From: Sporosarcina ureae
GTDB taxonomy: Bacteria; Bacillota; Bacilli; Bacillales_A; Planococcaceae
DNA: 32,000 nt
Direction of reading: 5' to 3'
Assembly (NCBI RefSeq): GCF_002082015.1
Contig: NZ_CP015109.1
Span: forward strand, 116,134-148,133
The notes under the pieces are model-generated. The model was not told the origin of the DNA. It was given only the letters and a program-made list of their open reading frames with translations, and ran no database searches. Both the position numbers and the translations under genes were made by a program. Positions 26,352-32,000 of this stretch are shown here, piece after piece. Every line of letters begins with the position of its first letter. The first letter of the stretch is position 1.

Positions 26352-27185
26352 ATGAAAACCGAAGCAAAACTACAAAAAGAAGCGATGAAAGTCTTAAAAG
26401 AGACAAGCCGTACATTTTACATACCAATTAAATTACTTGAACCAAACGTTCGCGAAGCCGTTGCGTCTGCGTACTTGTGCATGCGGGCAATCGATGAAAT
26501 CGAAGACCACGAACAACTGGACGTGACGATCGTTACCGACTTGCTGAACAAAGTAAGCGACATTCTCGACCATACGATCGCAACTGGCGAATCGATGGCG
26601 TCTGCACTAGACGAGTTATTCGCACCATACCGCGACCAGTTGCCTGAAGTGACGTTGCGTCTCGCTGACTGGGTAGAGTTCTGTCCGGAAACGGCACGTA
26701 ATAAAGTACTCGAATCGACTGCGATCATGGGGCGTGGCATGGCGGAGTGGGCAGGTAAGGACTGGGTGATCGAGACGCGTGAAGATCTCGATGATTATAC
26801 GTACTATGTCGCTGGACTAGTGGGCGTTATGCTTGCGGATATTTGGCGCTGGTATGATGGTACGGAGACGGATCGTGACCTAGCGATTGGTTTTGGTCGC
26901 GGGTTGCAGTCTGTGAATATTTTGCGTAACTACAAAGAAGACGCAGTGCGTGACGTGAACTTCTTCCCGAATGACTGGAAATTGCCGGAGATGTTCGCGT
27001 ATGCGGAAGAGAATTTGGCACTCGCGGATGCATATATTGAAGACATCCATACGAAGACCATTCTAAACTTCTGCAACATTCCGTTGGCGCTTGCGCATAG
27101 TACACTTGATGCACTGAAAGAAGGACGCGAGAAAATGTCGCGGGTCGAAGTAGTATCGGTCGTGAACAAAGCGATTCTAAAATGA
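26352..27185 (+). CDS. squalene/phytoene synthase family protein (SQS-like, trans-isoprenyl diphosphate synthase head-to-head fold)
   Basis: SRTFYIPIKLL...YLCMRAIDEIED (first Asp-rich motif), YTYYVAGLVG, LQSVNILRNYKED (second motif with N for the first D). This resembles farnesyl-diphosphate farnesyltransferase more than CrtM. Confidence 0.75.
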   Translation: MKTEAKLQKEAMKVLKETSRTFYIPIKLLEPNVREAVASAYLCMRAIDEIEDHEQLDVTIVTDLLNKVSDILDHTIATGESMASALDELFAPYRDQLPEVTLRLADWVEFCPETARNKVLESTAIMGRGMAEWAGKDWVIETREDLDDYTYYVAGLVGVMLADIWRWYDGTETDRDLAIGFGRGLQSVNILRNYKEDAVRDVNFFPNDWKLPEMFAYAEENLALADAYIEDIHTKTILNFCNIPLALAHSTLDALKEGREKMSRVEVVSVVNKAILK

Positions 27186-27217
27186 TGTATGGTTAATCGA
27201 GTGAATGGAGGATGGCG

Positions 27218-28984
27218 ATGCTAGATTTACTGATCATTATGTTCGAACGGGTCGGAATGATTGTGGCAGTCGCTTTCCTTCTGACTCGTTTTCGATTTTT
27301 CCAAAATATGATCCATCAAGACGTATTGGATCGTCGGCAAGAGCTGACGGCGATACTCTTTTTTGGATTATTCGGGGTTTTTGGAACGTATTTCGGTGTG
27401 GCACTGGATATGCAGACGCTTCAATTTGAAAACATGTCGTGGCAACTCGCTAACGATGAAGCGATTGCGAATTCCCGTGTGATCGGGGTGGTCGTCGCAG
27501 GGTTGCTTGGAGGCTATCGACTCGGAATCGGTGCTGGACTCATCGCCGGGATTCACCGGATGTCTTTAGGTGGATTCACGGCTATTTCGTGTGGAATTGC
27601 TACGATTATTTCGGGTGTTCTGGCAGGTTACTTCTATAAGAAGGGCAAGCATATTAGCCCGCTTTTGGCCTTCACGATTGGAGCGGCTGCAGAAGCGTTA
27701 CAGATGTTGCTCATTCTTCTCATTGCGAATCCATTTGAGAAAGCGTTTGCATTGGTTCAAACGATTGGCATGCCGATGATTTTAGCAAACGGTATGGGGA
27801 CTGCATTATTTATGCTGATTGCGTATAACGTCATCAGTGATCAAGATAAAATGACAGCAATGCAAGCGCAGAAAACATTGCGTATCGCGGATCAAACGCT
27901 TGGCTATTTACGGACAGGTATGCGAAAAGATACCGCTTCGGCCGTGTGCGGTATTCTGATGAACGAGTTGCAGCCAGCTGCTGTCGCGATGACAGATAAA
28001 ACGGATATACTGGCGTTTGTTAGCTCTAAAGGCACGAGTATGCAAGGCCCGATTCAGACGGATTTAACGCGTCAAGTGATTCAGGAAGGTCGACTTATTG
28101 TGACGGATTCCTTCACGCATGAGCAGCCGGGTGTATCGTCTTCAGGCGCGACCGTCATTGCACCGCTTAAAACACGAGGCGAAACGATTGGAACATTGAA
28201 ATTATTTTATCCTTCGCGTAAAGCGATTACCGATGTCACAATTGAATTAATTGCAGGACTGGCTGCATTACTCAGCAACCAACTTGAAATTGCCGAAGCG
28301 GATCATGCGCATCAACTGGCGAAGGAAGCAGAAATTCAGGCGTTGCAAGCGCAGATCAGTCCGCATTTTCTGTTCAATTCAATGAATATTATCATTTCAT
28401 TGATACGGACAAATCCGGATGAAGCACGGAAATTGCTGTCGTCGTTGTCGTTCTTTTTGCGTCAGAATCTTGAAGGTACGACGGCGAAAATGGTGACGTT
28501 ACAGCAAGAGTTGGCGCACGTCGAAGCGTATTTGATGATTGAAGAAGCACGTTTCATTGATAAATTGAAGATTTGTATTGATGTCGATCCGAGCGTCTTG
28601 CAGGAGAAGATTCCGCCACTGACGTTGCAACCGATTGTTGAAAATGCGATTACGCACGGTATTAAAGAATTGGACGCAAATGCGATGGTCCATGTGTCGA
28701 TACATGAAAGTGGAGACGCCATTCATATTATAGTGGAGGACAACGGTGTCGGAATTGCTCCTGAGCGTCTCGCTGCGCTTGGAAAAGATCAAGTCGAATC
28801 GGGGAAAGGTACAGGGCTTGGTTTGTACAATGTCAATCGACGTTTACTGATGACGTTTGATGAGAATTCAGGACTCGCAATAGAAAGTACACCCGGTAAA
28901 GGAACGAAGATTTCACTCGATATTCCGAAGTCGGAGGTGAACGGTTATGACGGAAATGATTCGCGCATTGGTCGTGGACGATGA
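27218..28984 (+). CDS. lytS: sensor histidine kinase LytS (5TMR-LYT + GAF + His_kinase/HATPase)
   Basis: MLDLLIIMFERVGMIVAVAFLL... N-terminus. QISPHFLFNSMN H-box of the LytS/YehU class, N-box IVENAITHG, G-box GTGLGL. GGAGG 6 nt before ATG 27218. Confidence 0.9.
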   Translation: MLDLLIIMFERVGMIVAVAFLLTRFRFFQNMIHQDVLDRRQELTAILFFGLFGVFGTYFGVALDMQTLQFENMSWQLANDEAIANSRVIGVVVAGLLGGYRLGIGAGLIAGIHRMSLGGFTAISCGIATIISGVLAGYFYKKGKHISPLLAFTIGAAAEALQMLLILLIANPFEKAFALVQTIGMPMILANGMGTALFMLIAYNVISDQDKMTAMQAQKTLRIADQTLGYLRTGMRKDTASAVCGILMNELQPAAVAMTDKTDILAFVSSKGTSMQGPIQTDLTRQVIQEGRLIVTDSFTHEQPGVSSSGATVIAPLKTRGETIGTLKLFYPSRKAITDVTIELIAGLAALLSNQLEIAEADHAHQLAKEAEIQALQAQISPHFLFNSMNIIISLIRTNPDEARKLLSSLSFFLRQNLEGTTAKMVTLQQELAHVEAYLMIEEARFIDKLKICIDVDPSVLQEKIPPLTLQPIVENAITHGIKELDANAMVHVSIHESGDAIHIIVEDNGVGIAPERLAALGKDQVESGKGTGLGLYNVNRRLLMTFDENSGLAIESTPGKGTKISLDIPKSEVNGYDGNDSRIGRGR

Positions 28985-29678
28985 AAGGTATGCGCGCGAA
29001 GAAATGATTTATTTACTGGAGCAATTTGAACGTGTGAAGATTGTCGGAGAAGCGGATTCTGGGGAGTTAGCGATTGTCAAGGCGATGCAACTGCAGCCGG
29101 ACGTAGTGTTTCTCGACATTGAAATGCCGAAAGTGGACGGCATGGAAGTAGCCAGGACACTTGGCTCGCTAAAGAAAGTGCCGCTGATCGTATTTGCGAC
29201 TGCCTATCCGCAATTCGCGGTCGAAGCGTTTCGTGTTCATGCGATAGATTATTTACTGAAGCCGTATGATGAAGAACAATTGCGGCAGACGATTGCGCGT
29301 GTGGAACAATTGCTGCTTCAGCCAAAAACCGATGCGCCAACGAAACGAATCGATCGGTTGCCGGTCGAAATGGATGGTGAAATTTACTATATCCCGATTG
29401 GCGACATTCTCTATGTACACCGAGAAGAAAATTGGACGAAGATTGTTACGCCCACGCGCGATTATGAAACGCGCATGACATTGAAAGAACTCGAGAATAA
29501 ATTGACCCATTTATCGTTCTTTCGCATCCATAAAAGTATTCTCGTGAACCTCGTGCATGTCAGTAGTTTGACGCCTTGGTTCAACGGAGCGTATCAGTTA
29601 GAAGTCGATCAACGGCCGGAGAAATTGTCAGTTAGCCGAAATTATGTAAAAGAATTACGCCAACGCCTCGAAGGATAA
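28947..29678 (+). CDS. lytT: LytR/AlgR (LytTR) family response regulator
   Basis: Receiver domain (ALVVDDE...DVVFLDIEMP...LLKP) plus a C-terminal LytTR domain (FFRIHKSILVN). GGAGGTG RBS. The 38-nt overlap with lytS indicates coupling. Confidence 0.9.
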   Translation: MTEMIRALVVDDERYAREEMIYLLEQFERVKIVGEADSGELAIVKAMQLQPDVVFLDIEMPKVDGMEVARTLGSLKKVPLIVFATAYPQFAVEAFRVHAIDYLLKPYDEEQLRQTIARVEQLLLQPKTDAPTKRIDRLPVEMDGEIYYIPIGDILYVHREENWTKIVTPTRDYETRMTLKELENKLTHLSFFRIHKSILVNLVHVSSLTPWFNGAYQLEVDQRPEKLSVSRNYVKELRQRLEG

Positions 29679-29747
29679 AAAATCTCGTAACATGTTAATC
29701 TCTCGGAGTGCATCTCACTTCGCGATTCTGACATGTTGCGAGATTTT
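29679..29747. promoter_or_regulatory. 17-bp inverted repeat (lytT terminator and/or LytT operator) abutting the transporter promoter
   Basis: AAAATCTCGTAACATGT (29679-29695) and ACATGTTGCGAGATTTT (29731-29747) are complementary apart from one T:G position. ACATGTT occurs twice as a direct repeat, and ATCTC occurs at 29682, 29698 and 29712. Confidence 0.5.
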
Positions 29748-29774
29748 GTCATGATTTGGACACCTTTCTATTAT
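29746..29774 (+). promoter_or_regulatory. sigma-A-type promoter of the CstA-family gene
   Basis: TTGTCA (29746-29751), exactly 17 nt, TATTAT (29769-29774). The -35 overlaps the right repeat arm. Confidence 0.55.
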
Positions 29775-29816
29775 AGTTAATGTAAGCGTTATCACTTTAA
29801 GGGAGGTTTACAAGCA

Positions 29817-31271
29817 ATGATTACATTTTTATTTTCTATCGTATTATTAATCGTTGGCTATTTTACGTATGGTAAGTACATCGTCAAAATGTTCGGCGTC
29901 AAGGAAGAACGTGCGACACCTGCGTATACGAGCGCAGATGGAGTCGACTATGTGCCGATGAGCACTAGCAAGAACTCGTTGATTCAATTACTAAATATCG
30001 CAGGTGTAGGCCCGATTTTCGGACCGATTATGGGTGCGTTATACGGACCCGTCGCATTTATCTGGATCGTTGTTGGAGCGATTTTCGCAGGCGCTGTACA
30101 TGATTATTTGACTGGTATGATTTCTATCCGAAATCGCGGAGCACACTTGCCTGAACTGGCAGGAAAATTCCTCGGGAAATTTATGAAACATGTCGTCAAC
30201 GCTTTTGCCCTTTTATTACTCGTTCTAGTCGGTACGGTATTCGTTTCGGCACCAGCAGGATTGCTGTACAACCTAATGAATGGTTGGATGGCTCTAGGAA
30301 TCATTTTAGCACTTATTTTCCTTTATTATATTTTGGCCACACTATTACCGATCGATAAGATCATCGGTCGTTTCTATCCAATCTTCGGTGCACTACTTGT
30401 AATTAGTGCAGTTGGCATCGGTGGCATGATGGTCATCAAAGGTGTACCGATTCCGGAATTGACATTTGCGAACTTACATCCAGATAATATTCCGATCTTC
30501 CCGTTATTATTCTTGACGATCTCGTGTGGAGCGCTATCTGGTTTCCATGCGACGCAGTCCCCGATTATTTCCCGGACAACGAAGAATGAAAGCCAAGGTC
30601 GCAAAATCTTCTACGGCATGATGATCGCAGAAGCCGTTATTGCGATGATTTGGGCAGCAGCTGGTATGGCGTTGTTCAACGGTGTGACGTTAAGTGAATT
30701 GCTTGCAGCTGGCGGACCGGCAGTGATTGTAAGCGAAGTATCCATCACGATGCTTGGTGCTGTCGGTGGAACACTTGCAGTGATTGGTGTCATTATCTTA
30801 CCAATCACTTCAGGCGACACAGCATTCCGTAGTGCACGTATGATTATTGCAGACTATATCAAGTACCCGCAAGCTAAAGTCATGAGCCGTCTAGTGATCG
30901 CGCTTCCGATGTTTGCTATCTCGATTGCGTTGACTCAAATAGATTTTAATATTCTATGGCGCTACTTCTCTTGGGCGAATCAGTCTACAGCCGCCATTGC
31001 ATTATTCGTCGGTGCGATGTATCTCTTCATTGCCGGTAAGAACTACTGGGTCGCACTTATACCCGGAACGTTCATGCTGATGGCGACAACGACGTATATA
31101 CTAAACGCAGCCATTGGATTCGGCTTACCGATGAATGTTGCCTTAATTGGAGCGACTGTCATCTCGATTTTCCTAGTAGCCCTATTCTTCAACGCGGCAG
31201 TAAAAGCTCGAGCTGCACAGCTTCCATTAGAGGAAGATATTACGAACTGGGATTCTACAACAACGACTTAA
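29817..31271 (+). CDS. carbon starvation CstA family transporter, short form (predicted pyruvate/peptide:H+ symporter)
   Basis: 484-aa polytopic protein. PAYTSADGVDYVPMS...LLNIAGVGPIFGPIMGALYGP and SGFHATQSPIISRT are CstA-family motifs. GGGAGG RBS. Confidence 0.85.
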   Translation: MITFLFSIVLLIVGYFTYGKYIVKMFGVKEERATPAYTSADGVDYVPMSTSKNSLIQLLNIAGVGPIFGPIMGALYGPVAFIWIVVGAIFAGAVHDYLTGMISIRNRGAHLPELAGKFLGKFMKHVVNAFALLLLVLVGTVFVSAPAGLLYNLMNGWMALGIILALIFLYYILATLLPIDKIIGRFYPIFGALLVISAVGIGGMMVIKGVPIPELTFANLHPDNIPIFPLLFLTISCGALSGFHATQSPIISRTTKNESQGRKIFYGMMIAEAVIAMIWAAAGMALFNGVTLSELLAAGGPAVIVSEVSITMLGAVGGTLAVIGVIILPITSGDTAFRSARMIIADYIKYPQAKVMSRLVIALPMFAISIALTQIDFNILWRYFSWANQSTAAIALFVGAMYLFIAGKNYWVALIPGTFMLMATTTYILNAAIGFGLPMNVALIGATVISIFLVALFFNAAVKARAAQLPLEEDITNWDSTTTT

Positions 31272-31285
31272 TACGATATAATGAC

Positions 31286-31317
31286 AACCTGTTGAGCTTC
31301 GGTTCAGCAGGTTTTTC
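31286..31317 (+). terminator. intrinsic terminator (UUCG tetraloop)
   Basis: 12-bp stem AACCTGTTGAGC / GTTCAGCAGGTT (two G-U pairs), loop TTCG, T-run. Confidence 0.85.
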
Positions 31318-31444
31318 TATGTAGATTTATTTAGAGATTCTAGTTGTGATACACTATTTCTATAGAGAAAATCTAGTTTACACGAATGAAGAAAAATTAC
31401 ATAATAAGCATCTATATTACAAGTTAAATAACTTAAGTAACTAA

Positions 31445-31462
31445 TAGTGTAAATATACACTA
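31445..31462. promoter_or_regulatory. palindromic candidate operator upstream of the XRE gene
   Basis: TAGTGTA-AATA-TACACTA is a perfect 7-bp inverted repeat 10 nt upstream of the RBS. The ATACACTATT decamer recurs at 31349-31358. Confidence 0.4.
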
Positions 31463-31486
31463 TTGATGTAAAGGAGGAATAAAACG

Positions 31487-31942
31487 TTGAATAAGCAGAC
31501 GGTTATGGACTTAGTATCACCCCGCTTGAAGTTAATTCGAACAGAAATGGACTATACGCAAGATCAAATGGCAGAGATTATAGGTATCTCAAAAAAGACG
31601 TTAGTGCAAGTAGAGAAAGGTCGCCAGGAAATTAGTTGGGCTACGACAGTAGTGGTTTGTGCATTATTTCGCGAGAGCGCCCTATTGCGATCGGTCATGG
31701 GAGAAGATCCAATTGAGTTGGCTGAAATCGCAGTACATGCAGAGATTCACTCGCGAGAAACCGCTGCGAGTGCGTCGATTAATTGGTGGACGGAGATCGG
31801 ACAATGGCAGCAATATAAATTGCAACAACATACCGCAGGTGGACATTATCGCATAATTGGAGCGGATCATAAGCGTTTATTTAGTACGGGAGATCGTGAA
31901 AAAGCTTTAGCTGAATTCAAAAAATATATGGACATGCTCTAA
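31487..31942 (+). CDS. XRE-family helix-turn-helix transcriptional regulator
   Basis: TTG start after AAAGGAGG. LKLIRTEMDYTQDQMAEIIGISKKTLVQVEKGRQ is a Cro/C1-type HTH. The C-terminal about 80 aa belong to no family I recognise. Confidence 0.8.
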   Translation: MNKQTVMDLVSPRLKLIRTEMDYTQDQMAEIIGISKKTLVQVEKGRQEISWATTVVVCALFRESALLRSVMGEDPIELAEIAVHAEIHSRETAASASINWWTEIGQWQQYKLQQHTAGGHYRIIGADHKRLFSTGDREKALAEFKKYMDML

Positions 31943-32000
31943 CTATTATATGAAAATAACATATGAAAAACAGATAAAAACCGGCTGTACTCTTTTAAGA

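Noticed and set aside
26417-30820. Many 60-107-aa ORFs antisense to or out of frame with the SQS-like, lytS, lytT and cstA-family genes.
   Set aside because: These are shadow ORFs in a somewhat more GC-rich stretch, with no RBS and no recognisable motifs.
1-32000. I searched by eye for CRISPR arrays, tRNA/rRNA genes, integrases, classical IS transposases with terminal inverted repeats, and reverse transcriptases or large ATPase/nuclease defence genes.
   Set aside because: I saw no regularly spaced direct repeats, no cloverleaf-like or rRNA-like segments, and no ORF with such signatures. The only nuclease-type gene is the Rpn homologue.

Overview
This 32 kb window looks like chromosomal DNA from a moderately AT-rich, spore-forming Bacillales organism (GerW/YtfJ, YrhK and KatX-size catalase genes; GGAGG ribosome-binding sites (RBS); GTG/TTG starts). 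I found no rRNA, tRNA, CRISPR array, integrase or classical transposase. All family calls rest on motif recognition and gene context, because no database search was possible.

Gene content, left to right:
- 0.1-7.7 kb: an electrophile/quinone-detoxification island. It holds a TetR + DUF1772 operon, a DsbA-like gene coupled to YdhR, a pirin-like gene, two MhqA/E/O-type ring-cleaving dioxygenases (one frameshifted), an FMN reductase, YceI and a MarR/MhqR-like regulator, with visible palindromic operators.
- 7.9-9.4 kb: two tandem phage-replisome-organizer-like wHTH paralogues with a strikingly conserved leader.
- 9.5-19.4 kb: housekeeping and accessory genes (DHA2 MFS pump, YeeE/YedE, PdxK, YkvA, an amino-acid ABC transporter, DUF305, catalase).
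- 19.4-26.3 kb: an AT-rich, decay-rich zone. It contains one intact divergent MOSC <-> Rpn (YhgA-like PD-(D/E)XK nuclease) module plus decayed copies of each half.
- 26.3-32 kb: an orphan squalene-synthase-like gene, lytS-lytT next to a short CstA-family transporter, and an XRE regulator.

The best candidate for something new is the Rpn locus. The gene carries a strong internal in-frame SD+ATG for its C-terminal domain, which is the layout of a nested RpnS-type antitoxin. A second, decayed locus joins the same promoter to a point 15 nt upstream of that internal start, keeping its SD.
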